A stretch of DNA of 64,000 bases from Octopus vulgaris (taxonomy: Eukaryota). Shown here piece after piece: positions 28,821-41,605 of this stretch. The notes beneath the pieces were generated by a model. The model saw nothing but the letters and a program-made list of their open reading frames with translations. It had not been told where the DNA came from and did not search any database. The stretch's first letter is position 1. The number at the start of each line of letters is the position of its first letter. The stretch is from assembly GCA_951406725.2 (NCBI GenBank), contig OX597816.1:130634001-130698000 (forward strand). Reading direction: 5' to 3'. The translations under genes and the position numbers were made by a program.

Positions 28821-29392
28821 TATCTCTCTATCAGTATGCTAAACTATTTGTGAATACGCCATACATAGACATTGGTTAATACAGCTCTAGATGCACAAAA
28901 CCCCGAAGATAGGGCAGTACATTTATGGCTGGAACGTCTGTTTTCTCTTTCGGCATCCACTTTCATTTCCATAATTAACGATCTAAAACATAAGAGATGA
29001 CTTACCCTCAATAGACCAATCTCCTTTTTCCCATGTGTCCCTTTTCGTGAAAAGCTAAGAGGCTTCAGTAAACCTGGTTTTATCGTCATTAATTCACAAA
29101 ACTCACTAGCTTTATTTTTGCTATTCAAGAGTGACTAGTAGTAAAATTGGTCTTCTTAGCTGAGAAAATCTGCACTCTTGCAATCATCCGCTCATTATAA
29201 TCTTCTTTGTGGAAATGCAAATCGTAAACTAGTGTATGTCTTAGTATTAAATACTTTTGCTAGGGTTACTTCAGTAGAGAAGTGTTTCAAAGGAAGCTTT
29301 GAAAGTAGCATTCAAATCTATCACTGACTTGTAAATTCAGTCCTATCAACGACAGCAACAGGAACATCAGCCATTATCTGTTGTCCATTATT

Positions 29393-29616
29393 TACATTAT
29401 TTACATATGTCCTCATCTTGTTTGTTCTTAACACAACGTTTCGGCTGGTATACCCACCAAGCCTTCATCAGGTGTCTTGGAGAAATTTTGAACCTGGGTT
29501 CTCATTCCTAAGGTTTCTCCAAGACACCTGACGAAGATTGGAGGATATATCAGCCGAAACGTTGTGTTAACAACAAACAAGACGAGGACAAACATCCGTC
29601 AAATGTAAATAATGTA
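29393..29616. mobile_element. Fold-back element with an HHR in each arm
   Basis: Arms of about 90 bp. Minus HHR at 29431-29475 (acac-CTGATGA-a-ggct...agcc-GAAAC-GTT-gtgt); plus HHR at 29524-29567 (acac-CTGACGA-a...cagcc-GAAAC-GTT-gtgt). Confidence 0.85.
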
Positions 29617-29708
29617 TTATCTGCTGTTTTTTGTCCACAAGTGAGCTATGAAGAAGCAGACTTAAAATTAATAGCTGTGACCGCTCCGTCATTATTTCAG
29701 GTAATGTA

Positions 29709-30395
29709 AGGCGGCGAGCTGGCAGAATCGTTAGCACGCCGGGAGAAATGCTTAGTGGTATTTCCTCTGCAGCTACGTTCCGAGTTCAAATTCCGCCGAG
29801 GCCGACTTTGCCTTTTATTCTTTCGGGGTCGATGAAATAAGTACCAGTTAAGTGCTGGGGTTCGATGTAATCGACTAGCCTCCTTCCCCCAAAATTGTCA
29901 TGTCCTTGTGCCTAGAGTAGAAACGATTATATCAGGTAATATAGGGCTGCGAGAGGGTAGAATCGTTAGCACGCCGGACAAAATTCTTGGCGGGATTTTG
30001 TTGGTCTTCACATTCTGAGTTCAAATCCCGCCGAGGCCGACTTTCTCTTTTATCCTTTCATCAGGATTGATAAAATAAGTACCAGTTGGACACCGGGGTC
30101 GATGTAATCGACTTACCCTTCTCACTAAACTGTTGGCCTTGTGCCAAAATTTGCAATCATTATTTCATGTAATGCAAGGCGGCGAACTGGTAGAATCGTT
30201 AGTAACTCAGGACAAAATGCTTAGTGGCATTTTTCAGCCTTTGCATACTGAGTTCAAATCACGCCGAGGTCGAATGTGTTTTTCATCCTTTGAGAATCGA
30301 TAGAATAAATACCAGTTGAATACTGGGGTCGATGTAATCGATTTACACCATCCCGCGAAATTACTGCCCTTCTGCCAAAATTTGAAACCATTATT
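29709..30395 (+). mobile_element. Three head-to-tail family-A SINE copies
   Basis: Heads at about 29710, 29944 and 30177, separated by variants of attatttcaggtaatgta. Confidence 0.85.
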
Positions 30396-30871
30396 TTCGG
30401 TAATGTATTTCAGACAAATTATCTAATGTGCCTCATTTCTTTTCCTTTTTTTGACGGTGGCAGAGAAAGATCTGAGGGAGACTTGGCTACTATTTCTAAC
30501 AGGTCAAACATCCACGTAGAGGTTTCTTTGTTGGATCATCTGTTAGATCGTAAATGTGTTTTACAATAAAAATGTGTTGTTAAGGCTCAGTTACATACTT
30601 GTTACCTAAGTGATTTAACAGCCATATTGTTGAAAGGATCCCTCCGACGATGACAGGAAAATCAAAACAACATGGCTGTCTCTCAGTTATCAAGGAATTT
30701 GGAGTTCAATGAAAGGCTTTTTTTTTTCTTTTCTAATTTAGAAATTTTCTTGCATTTATCTACAAGATCTGGTATTTGTAACTGTAAGATTTCATACATG
30801 CAGGTGAATATGTATGTGTATATATTCATATATATGTGTATACACATACAAGTATTTATGTACGTATAGTG

Positions 30872-30945
<74 letters not shown>

Positions 30946-30971
30946 CATAATGCATATACACACATACGTAT

Positions 30972-31015
<44 letters not shown>

Positions 31016-31067
31016 GCACACATATGTTCCTCTTCATCAGAGATACTTTTAGACTATGTTATTTAGC

Positions 31068-31103
<36 letters not shown>

Positions 31104-31389
31104 TACATATATATGTGTATGTATGTGTATGTATATGTATGCGTGTATATAAATCTGTGCGTGTGTTCGTGTATGTGCGTATTCTTTATTCTTTTAATTG
31201 TTTCAGTCATTTGACTGCGATCATGCTGGAGCACCCGCTCAAAAGATTTTTTAGACGAAGAAATTGACCTCAGAACTTATTCTCTGTAAGCCTAGTACGT
31301 ATTCTATCCCTCCCTTTTGCCAAATCGCCAAGTTACGGGAACGTGGGGAGGGGACAGACACAGACACAAAGACACACACATACAAATAT

Positions 31390-31454
<65 letters not shown>

Positions 31455-31469
31455 TGTATGTATGTATAA

Positions 31470-31705
31470 AGGCGGCGAGCTAGCAGAATCGTTAGCACGT
31501 CGGGCGAAATGCTTAGCGGTATTTCGGCTGCCGTTACGTTGTGAGTTCAAATTCCGCCGAGGTCGACTTTGCTTTCATCCTTTCGGGGTCGATAAATTAA
31601 GTACCAGTTACACACTGGGGTCGATATAATCGACTTAATACCTATGTCTGTCCATGTTTGTCTCTTCTATGTTTAGCCCCTTGTGGGTAGTAAAGAAATA
31701 GGTAT
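31470..31705 (+). mobile_element. Family-A SINE, full length
   Basis: GGCGGCGAGCTAGCAGAATCGTTAGCAC...GAGTTCAAATTCCGCCGAGGTCGAC...GTGGGTAGTAAAGAAATAGG. Confidence 0.85.
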
Positions 31706-31792
31706 TGCAATGGCGGTGCCCCAGCATGGCCACAGCTCATTAGCTGAAACTGGAAAAATCAAATCATATATATATATATGTATGCATGTATG

Positions 31793-31883
<91 letters not shown>

Positions 31884-31886
<3 letters not shown>

Positions 31887-32600
31887 GGTGCAGTGAATAA
31901 ACTGTCGTCTAAATTACGCAGAATTAAAAATCATACTGACATCTCACTTTAACAGATACGTTTACCAAAATTAAATAATAGTATCTTGAAATACTAAATA
32001 GTAAATTTCTTCAATAAAATCGCCATTCGCTTCAACCACGGCCTCCAGACTATTTTGGAATGCCCTGCAACTCTTCTGGACAGTTTCCTTGTTTAGGTTG
32101 GTGAACGCTGCCATATTCCTTGCCTTCAGTTCATCTTGTTACAAGGAGTTTTGTTGGTCTCTCCCTCAAATGCGCCCTACACAATAACCAAGGAGGTTGC
32201 AGTCTGGGAAGTTAGCTGGCTAGATGTTAGGAGTGATATGGTCGCAGAAATTGTCTGACAGCCATGACAGGTTCTCCTGCATGTGTGGCATGGTGCAGAG
32301 TCCTGTTGCCAGACATAGTGTCTTCCAGCAGCAACCCTCATGACCAAGGACAGCACTACCTCCTCCAGACACTTGTATAGGCCTCCGTGTTGAATGTTTG
32401 ACCGCGCGGAAAGATGAATGGGGGCATCACGTCATCATCACTAGTTATCACTCCAAACACCATGACTGGATGATTGATTTTTATCACTACAGGTACTTAT
32501 TCTCAGACTGACACACAAACACTCTGAAATGCTCGTATTGGAGATTCTGGCGCGAATGCCAAGCAGTACAGCATGTCGTTTTCAAATTTATGGCAGATTG
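31884..32600 (-). mobile_element. Tc1/mariner-superfamily (maT/DD37D-like) transposase remnant with one TIR
   Basis: TA-CAGGGTG terminus at 31884. Minus frames give VWQQDSAPCHT and DELKAxNMAAFTNLNKETVQKSC..SLEAVVEANGDFIE, with frameshifts. Confidence 0.8.
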
Positions 32601-32614
32601 AATTGCGTCATGGT

Positions 32615-33441
32615 GCTGTTTTGGAATAAAATTCTTTTTTCTGACGAGACTAAAATCAACTTGTTTGGGTCAGATGATATTAAAAGAGTATGGCGACGAC
32701 CAGGTGAAGATAATAGCGACAAATGCACCGTGCTTACTATGAAACACGGCGGCGGAAGTGTTATGCTTTGGGGATGCATGAATGCGGCTGGTGTGAGAGG
32801 ACTCACGTTTATTGAGAGAACAATGGATTCAAGGCTTTATTGTGACACATTGCAGAAAACAATGTTGAAAAGCCTCAAGGAACTAGGAAGACATTCCATG
32901 TTTCAACACGATAATGACCCTAAGCACACCTCAAAGATGACAACTAAGTTTTTATCAGATAAAAAGGTAAAGGTATTGCCTTGGCCTACAATGTCACCTG
33001 ATTTAAACCCAATAGAACATCTGTGGGGTGTTTTGAAAAGGAAGGCTGAGGAGAAAAAAAAACCTCGTGATGTAACACAGTTGAAAGACATCATTTAGGA
33101 TGAATGAAGAACGATTTCGATTTCATCTGTTATATGCGAAAATTTAGCCGACTCTGCCCAGAAGACTTCATGCAGTCATTGAAAGCAAGGGCGGTCACAC
33201 ATATATTGAATATAACAAATAATCCTTTAGGGTGTACATATTTTTGTAACGTTTGAAATTTAATATTTCGTTCATATATGAGAAAATGTTTATTGTTTTG
33301 TGTTTCAAATTTGTATAATGTTTGCATGTATAATATATTTTATTCAGTATAAATTTCGTTCGATTTCCTCCGATATTATCAGAGTAATGGCAATTTTACT
33401 GAAAATTTTTTAGGGGGTTTACATACTTCTGTGAAATATTG
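32615..33441 (+). mobile_element. 5'-truncated Tc1 (DD34E) transposon
   Basis: WNKILFSDETK, KHGGGSVMLWGCM, FQHDNDPKHTSK and WPTMSPDLNPIEHLW, then premature stops. Terminal repeat ggggtttacatacttctgtgaaatattg-TA, with an inner copy at about 33229-33245. Confidence 0.92.
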
Positions 33442-33560
33442 TATGTATACATATAAAAAGTCCAACTTACACAGAGTACAAATGATATAGAAAATTAAAG
33501 GGGTGATTTTCTATATCATTTGTACACTGTGTAAGTTGGGCCGTTTTATATGTATACATA
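33442..33560. repeat. Palindrome with ~54-bp arms and a 10-nt spacer
   Basis: tatgtatacatataaaa.gtccaacttacacagagtacaaatgatatagaaaat-(taaaggggtg)-reverse complement. Confidence 0.85.
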
Positions 33561-33747
33561 TTTTGTATTTCATGTATTTAATATATTTTATATATTGATC
33601 TAATTTGCTTATCCCTACATGTATGTATATATAAGTGTGTAACACACATGCGTGTATACGTGAGTGCGTCTGTATATGTGTATGTATACATAAACAACCT
33701 CCTCACAAACATATGTATGTGTGTGTGTGAATATATATATATATATA

Positions 33748-34062
33748 TATTGTATAAAGTATCGTGGGTAAGGCCAAAACAATGCGTAGTAAATGCAAGG
33801 TAAATCACAAGAAAAAAAAAAACATGTGAATTAATGTCGACTTACCTTGTATTCAATATTGCGGGGTTGTGATCCCATTTTCAAGAAATTAACGAATGTT
33901 GCCGATCCGCAAGATTCGTAAATTTCTTGAAAATGGGGTCACAACCCCGCAATATTGAATACAAGGTAAGTCGACATTAATTCACATGTTTTTTTTTTCT
34001 TGTGATTTACCTTGCATTTACTACGCATTGTTTTGGCCTTACCCACGATTCTTTATACAATA
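33748..34062. mobile_element. Near-perfect 315-bp palindrome next to (TA)n, with a variant HHR-like motif
   Basis: Arms of about 155 bp centred at 33905. 33924-33959 reads ttc-TTGAAAA-t-ggggt-caca-acccc-GCAA-ta-TT-gaa. Confidence 0.8.
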
Positions 34063-34094
34063 AATTCTACACAATGCTTCATAGTAATTATTCC

Positions 34095-34148
<54 letters not shown>

Positions 34149-35649
34149 AAAACAAAAAAGCTAGTTAAAATAACATATTCTCAAAGAAACTCTGATGAAG
34201 TGAACGTATATGAAACATACCTGGTTTGGGTTACATAGTTCTGCCATACTCTTTACTGCAACTTGTGTAAGCTGACTTAGCTAAATATTTTCAGAACCAA
34301 CTCTTTATTTTTTCTTTCTCTTTCACTTTCTTTTCTATCTTTCTCTTTCTCTTACTCTCTCTCTCTAAAATGTGTGTGTGCGTACGTGTGTATGTATGTG
34401 CTTGACAACCGGTTTAGGTTTGTTTACGTTCCTGTAATTTTGTTTGTCAAAAGTAAGTACTGGGGTCGATTTGTTCGACTTAATTCTTCAAAGCGGTGTC
34501 TCAGCTCAACCGCAGTCCGATTGTTAACACAAGCGAATGCTACTAAGAGAACAGGAGCAATAGTAACCGAACAATTCAGATGAAATTTTTTCAAACAACG
34601 AATTGCTTTGTGATACAAGCAAAGCAATCACAATGTTGTCTAAAAGACATTTGTCAAAACTGAGCGGGGCGATTTCATGCACGTCTTTAGATAGGCAGCT
34701 GTTGAGAAGATATGTCTCGCATATCATATCTCTCTCTCTCTCACACATACTCTGTGTGCGTGGTGTGTGCATGTGTGTATATATATATAAACATCTCTCT
34801 CGTTCTCTCTTCCTCTCCCTTCACACACACACACACACACACACATTAATAATAATTAATAATAATTTTATATATATATATATGTATAGATAGATGTGTG
34901 TATTATATACATAAATACAAATATATATATTTATATTTATGCATAACTTATGAATCCATACGTCTGTATGTATACGTGTATATACGTAGATACAGATTCT
35001 TATATACACGCATACAAACATATATATACATACATACATACAGACATATATATGCACACGTACACACACACGCATATGTGCATTCATAGAAAATATGCAT
35101 TTATATATTACTACACACACACGCGCGCGCGCGCACACACACACAAGCATAAATATCATTTCTTAACAGCAAATTGCTGATAGTTTTTATTTTATGCTTC
35201 AAATCGACATAAGAATAGACAACAGTGAAAAATATTAGAAGTAAATTCCATCGAAAAGGGCAAGTGTCTAAGAAGGAATATTTTTGCCATTAGAGTATAA
35301 AGGACTACATTAGAAGAAGGGTGAAAAGATGTCACAATATATATAATATGCAATACATTATGTCACACCACACATACAATATCATAGAAAATACAATAAT
35401 ACCCACAATAGATATTGTTGCAACAAACTTATGACAGGTTGCAAGTCATAATATATTATGTATTTACACACAGTCTCACAAGAAAAATACTTTATTTCAT
35501 AATATTCAAGACGTGGATTGCAGTCAGTTCAAGCTTGTAACGTTATGCTAAAATTGCTGAATATGCCATTTTATAGACCGCGTTTTATAAAGTCTTATAT
35601 TCTCTATGTTTTATTAATCCTTTGTCTCCTTTTTACTCTCCCACTCTTA

Positions 35650-35686
<37 letters not shown>

Positions 35687-36249
35687 TCACTTTTAATCGG
35701 TAGAAGTCATAAACAATAAAAATAAAAGCTGTATTCATATTTTGCTTTTATTTATCCTGTTTGAATTGCCAAAGCTAGATATGTATGTATGTGTGTGTGT
35801 GAGTGTGTGTATGTGTGTATGTGTGTGTGTGTATGTGTGTATGTGTGTTTGTTTGTAATATTTTGAAGAAGAGACATAACTCAGTTTCCAAGGTGATAAG
35901 CACTTGCCAAATTTTTCATATTTATTTTAATGGACGTTGTGTCTGCAATGACTTATTTCAAATGAAATTATAATTTTTTAAACTGTGAACTGTAAATATA
36001 TATTTCACAATAAATATTTACAACATTTGTATCTTAGCTACATTTCGTCCGGTTTTGGTCCCTGATCTTATGTTCTGGGCGCATTTATCGAGCAGGACGG
36101 GCTTGAAATATTTCTAAAATTCTAAATAATGTTCATAGCTAATAATGTAAATCATGTTATAGCGTTAGCGTGCATTACGATTACTACAGTTGTATTTTGT
36201 TAATATTTTATGTCTAGTTCTTCCAGTATTATACCGGCTGCGGCATATA

Positions 36250-36450
36250 CGAGGGAGTGCTGAAAAGTTCCTAGCATTAAGGATATCACAAAAGTCCTGG
36301 TTTGAGGCCCAACGTTACAGGACTTAGAAAAACTGAAGGACTGCTGCAATGAGTGTGTGAATTTTAGAGGAGAATATGTTAAATAAAATCAAAATTAACT
36401 AATCCTCCTTTTCTTTTACCCAAAGCCAGGAACTTTTCAGCACTCCTTCG
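36250..36450 (+). mobile_element. Mariner-derived MITE
   Basis: TA-CGAGGGAGTGCTGAAAAGTTCCT...AGGAACTTTTCAGCACTCCTTCG-TA; retains a transposase C-terminal remnant (LEKLKDCCNECVNFRGEYV). Confidence 0.9.
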
Positions 36451-37349
36451 TACATCTACCCATTATTTGAGTGTAAAAATCTACCCATTATTGAAGCATG
36501 AATTGAAACATTCTTGTTCGCAAAAATTGCAGCAAGTGTTGCATAACACATTTTGACATTCTTTTGTTTTATTGTTTACCCTTAATTGAATATGGAGGCT
36601 GAAACAAAACATGAAAAAATTGTACTAATGAAAATGGCCGGTATAAAGAATTATGAGGTGATAAAACAGCTGAACGAAGATTCAGGGATATGGTGAATGC
36701 AAAGGGCAGTCGTTTTGAATTGTAAATATATGGGAAATATTGTCAATAGATATAACAATTAACCTATAAACTTTCTTTAAACAAAACCTAAAACATTTTA
36801 TTTTATGATAAAATGAATAATCATTAAATATAAATGCTGCACCTGGTAGACTAAAGTATAAGCTCAAGGCACGTTTTGAATATAACCCGGGTACAAAACT
36901 GTATTTTAAGCCATTTCACTTGTCATGCATGGCTAAACAAAGTGATCTTTGTTATATTTCATTTTATCTTCTTTATATATAAAATATAGAGCTTTTGTGT
37001 CTAATTAAAATGAATCTACTGTAGACGAACAGGTATGAATCTACTTTAGACGAATGGTGATGCAACAATACATTCAGAGATTACCCAAAAGCTATATTCT
37101 ACTCAAGAAAAACAAGAATCCACTCAGAAACTAAATGAATAGTCTAACAATTGATAGGGAAGGGATCATCCGCGCCCCACAATGAAATCAGTCAAAAAAT
37201 GTTTTTAAATATTACAAAAATGATAGAAAAAAAAAATCATAGCTGTATAAATCTATCAACGAATCAAATTATCACAACGCAATGAAATGATCGTTATAAG
37301 CAATGGAGAAAAATCTGTTTTTAGTGATCAAGTGAATCTAAACACTTAC

Positions 37350-37618
37350 CTTCCTACCTGCTCGATTATTGTGTACATTCATTAGTGCTCTGGCGTTTTC
37401 TGTAAATTCCCTGATATCTACGAAATTTCTAGAAAATGACAGACCGTATTTGACATCTGCACTGCATCCACCCCATTTCCAACCGTGATGGGAATAGTTT
37501 GGAAGCTTTGATTTGTCACATCCACACCGGTTTAAGTTACCTCGGCTACAGGCTTGTGTAATGGCGTAAGCTATCCCTGCAGATACTATAGCAAAGCTGA
37601 AGGCGGCTTCTTTGTTGG
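37350..37618 (-). CDS. Wnt7: Internal exon of a Wnt ligand gene, Wnt7-like (equivalent to vertebrate WNT7 exon 3)
   Basis: Encodes (A)[89 protein letters not shown], with Wnt motifs EAAF, CS.G.L..CGC, WKWGGCS and MN.HNN.AGR. WGGCSAD and CGCDK fit the Wnt7 subfamily. Minus-strand acceptor tcttttttcgtcgtttcAG (AG at 37620-37619, phase 1) and donor AAG|GTAAGT (GT at 37349-37348, phase 0). Subfamily assigned by recall, not by a tree. Confidence 0.93.
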
Positions 37619-37933
37619 CTGAAACGACGAAAAAGAATACTGATAAATAGTAATGATAATAATAATAACAATAATAATAATAATAATAATATGATGATGA
37701 TGATGATGATGATGATAATAATAATGGTTTCGAATTTTGACCCAAAACCAGCAATTTCAGAGGAGATGGTTAGCCGATTACAACGATCCCAATGCTCAAC
37801 TGGTACTCATTTTATCGACCCCGAAAGGGTGAAAGACAAAACCAACCATGGCAGAATTTGAACTCAGGACGTAAAGACGGACGAAATACCACCAAGCGTT
37901 TTGTCCGGCGTGTTAACGATTCTGCCTTCTCAA

Positions 37934-38036
<103 letters not shown>

Positions 38037-38591
38037 TGCCCTGATGCAGTACCAGGCATTGGCTCTCATGGCTTCTGATCTTAACTGATTGGAAGTGTTA
38101 TCATGTACATTGTTTTGTCTTGGTATAAAAGATGGGCTACAGCAAATATTCTGCTCAATACCACAGATTTGCTTGTCAGTTGTTTGACCTTAACCAGTTG
38201 AGCATGTCCCTTAGTGGCTGACGATATGTGCATCTCTGATCACGAGCAGAAGTGGTGGGGGAGCATCATAGCCATGTGTTGAGAGGGATTCTTTGGGGTT
38301 TGAATAATTCACCTCTGGAAACATGGGTGGTTCTTTCAACATCCTTAAACAACCCTTATTCAGGGACCTTTTGAGCGGGATGGGCTACTCAACCTGAAGA
38401 AAATTCTAACTGGGCCCCACCTGCAAGGTCATGTGCTGTTTATCTTGATATGAGATCACCATGTCGCGCACATATGGTTGTGATGCATGTGCCTGGTGTA
38501 CCTTTATCAGACGGGTAGTCATGATGGGTATATTGGGCTTCGTATATTTTACCCCAGTGTCACTTTGATGGCATGCACTGCTCTCTCACTC
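38037..38591 (+). mobile_element. (AAT)n-inserted retroposon 3' end (longer copy)
   Basis: Flanked by (AAT)n on both sides; shares its 3' end (…ctctctcactc-aataat) with the 10522-10857 copy; non-coding. Confidence 0.8.
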
Positions 38592-39217
38592 AATAATAAT
38601 AATAATAATAATAGAGGATTCTAAGCACTTGAAAGACTGCTTGTGGATACCTAAGGTTACAGGTAGTAACCCGCTATCCATATAACTCCTAGGAATATGA
38701 CCAAACCTGAGCCGAACCAAAATAATAATAATAACAACAACAACAATTGTAACAATAATAATGGTGCCTGATCTAGGTACTAGGTCAGTAATTTTGAGGG
38801 GAGGGGTTTTATAAATATCACTGAACCCGTATTTGACTGGTACATTATCTTATCCATCTCTAAAGGACGAAAAACAAAGCAGGATCTGAACTTAGAGCAC
38901 GTAAAGTATTTTTGTTTGCCGCTCTAATGATTTTACCAATCAACCGTTCTTAATGCTTCAACGGTACAGATATTTGGATGTAGAGACCACCGAGTGTATC
39001 GAGTCTAGTTGAGTTTCATCCCCTACTTAACTTTCATCCTCGAAAGGATGGAAAGTAAATTTGACTAAGGCGGAAGTTGAACTTTGGTAGTTAAGAGACA
39101 GGACAGTAATCTAAAGATTTTATTTTTATCCCAGATTGTACATGCTTTAAAGTGCCATCGTATTTTCGTATTTCCAGCAATTGTAGGTTTTATTTTTTTC
39201 ATCTTTAGGTATATTAA

Positions 39218-39474
39218 TAATAATAAATGCGCCCTTTTTTAAAGCCTAGCTAGGCTCATGGGCCCGGTTTCCCGGTTTCTATGGCGTATGTGTCCCAGCT
39301 GGACGGGACGTCAGTCCATCGCAGCGTTACTCATTTTTGCTAGCTGAGTGGACTGGAGCAACGTGAAATGAAGTGTTTTGCTCAAGAACACAACACGTCG
39401 CCCAGTCAAGGAATCGGAACCACAATCTTACGATCATGGTACTGACACCCTAACCACTAAGCTACGCGCCTCCA
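39218..39474 (-). mobile_element. Family-C SINE with 15-bp TSD
   Basis: TSD ctttaggtatattaa at 39203-39217 and 39475-39489; tRNA-like head on the minus strand. Confidence 0.9.
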
Positions 39475-39951
39475 CTTTAGGTATATTAAGCAATGATATA
39501 TGTCTATGTTATATTACTATTAAAATATACTCGCATTTATTTAGTTATGAACACACCATACATGTAAATGTACATTAAAATGTTGGAATGATTTAATTCA
39601 ATTACATTCGGCTTAGTAACTTACAATAATTTCCTTAACTTTAAAATGGAAAGCGTGAAGAATTAATGCAGCATGTTAACCTTTTCTTAACGGTTTTTCT
39701 ACAAGCATACTTTCCAGAGAGTCATTCAAACAGGTGGAGTAGAAAAGTTCATTTTTATGCAAAATATTTAAGAGGTTGTTGGAAATTCTTTGCTGAACGT
39801 AGACTTAGCACTGAAAGCAGTGCATACAGTATAGCGTGATAGAACAAATATAGGAAAGTGTTTTGCGGCCATTTTTCAGCAATTTATCTGTGTGATTATG
39901 AATTTAATTGATTTAAAATAAGTTGTTTAAAATAAATTTATATATATATAT

Positions 39952-40193
39952 ATACCGGAGTAAGCACATAAATGTGAAACAAGGCGGGAAAAAGAGTACT
40001 CAAATACCAGAGGTAGAGTAATATGCTTTATTTAAAAGCAGCAGAAATATAACAAAAGCTGTTACTCAGAGTTTCACATTCCCGTTCGTCGGACACTTTT
40101 GCTATATTTTAACCAAAACTGTCCGACGAACGGGAACGTGAAACTTTGAGGAACAGCTTTTGATATATTTCTGCTGCTTTTAAATAAAGTATA
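39952..40193. mobile_element. (TA)n-inserted Penelope-like fold-back element with an HHR in both arms
   Basis: 40021-40095 is inverted relative to 40120-40193. HHR motifs at 40059-40096 (-) and 40119-40156 (+, cleavage triplet mutated). Confidence 0.85.
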
Positions 40194-40698
40194 TCTATAT
40201 ATATAAAACTCTAGTTGTGTGAGTGTCTGTCCCCTTCGATTTAGATTCCTAACTCCTCCCACATTTTGCGGTGCAGTTTAACCAAATTCGGGTATCTTAT
40301 AGTCGTGATTCATATCGAGCCCGTCTGACTATTAGCGCGCGTCAACGATGAGTCTACAATTTTAAAAATAATTTAACATCATTTTTTATTCCATTTTAAT
40401 GCATAAAATGCATCGTATGTCGATGGCGGCGGAGTTGGCGTCCACGCTCACAGCTGCACCTGTTTGCTTCTCCCCCTTCCCTCCCTCGTGAGCTGTGGGG
40501 AAGGGAGTGTAAAGAAATCAACGTCGTAATGCGTTGTGAAGGAAACCAGCGTTCTTTTAGAACAACGACTTCATGGCTTGAAGACACCAAAACAAAAATG
40601 GCTAAGAAAGCCCGAATTTATAAGGGAAGTAACTCTCTAAAAATGCTTATATAGTTATTTCCCTTACAAACCCGAGCAACGCCGGGCGATACTGCTAG
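40194..40698 (+). mobile_element. Non-autonomous Helitron
   Basis: Starts TCTATATATATAAAA, ends with hairpin CCCGAGCAACGCCGGG followed by CTAG, inserted between A and T with no TSD. Confidence 0.88.
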
Positions 40699-41443
40699 TA
40701 TATATATATATATATATAAAGAACTATGCATAGTAGACAAAACTTGTACTCCGAGAACCCAGAAAAAATACATAGACTGAAACCAGATATTTTGTTTGGA
40801 ACACCATTTCATGTAATTAAAAGACTTGGTAGTTCATCTTCTGCTGAAGTGCTGCTGCTACTAATACCATTAATTGGAAACAATACTGAGACATGAAAAT
40901 AAAATGATAACGAGTCTGCTATATCTCTCAATTATGTTAAGCAGATATATTACAAAAATGTACTTCTCGTCTGGAGTGAAATACCTTGGTGGTCTTATTT
41001 TTTTATCAAGTTATCTTTCGTGCACAGTATTATGTGTTGCAGTTACTTAGTATTTACAATTGTAAATGCATGGTCAACCGACGAGAAAGTACCAAATTTC
41101 TGTCTGATGTAACAGTTTGAAGTTTAAAAGCTCTGTTATAAAGTTGAAAATGTCGTAAACAAGTTAGTTGTACACCCCATAAAGTCATGAAGAATACAAT
41201 TTGTATGTTTACATTGCAATTTATATAATACATTGCTTGTGTGAAATAGATTTTGTTTTTCTTTGGTTTCGAGAAAGTTTTTCCTCTTTGGTGATTTTGT
41301 AATATGTACTAACAGTTTGTGTCATTAGATGTGATGAATACTGTGTTTTGCTGTACGGGATTTTAATGACATATGTGTGTGTATGCGTGTGTGTGTGTGT
41401 GTGTGTGTGTGTGCATGCGCGCGTATGAATGTATGTTTGTATG

Positions 41444-41474
<31 letters not shown>

Positions 41475-41537
41475 GTAGGTATGTTTGTATGTATGCATGT
41501 ATGTATGCATGAGTGTGCGTGTGCTTGTATATATGTA

Positions 41538-41596
<59 letters not shown>

Positions 41597-41605
41597 TTAT
41601 CTATA

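Noticed and set aside
29006-29128. Minus-strand frame MTIKPGLLKPLSFSRKGTHGKKEIGLLR ending at a GTAAGT donor
   Set aside because: No Wnt or other recognisable homology; such donors occur by chance.
34190-34245. CTGATGA...GAAAC hammerhead-like motif
   Set aside because: Stem II and stem III do not pair convincingly; possibly a decayed copy, not counted.
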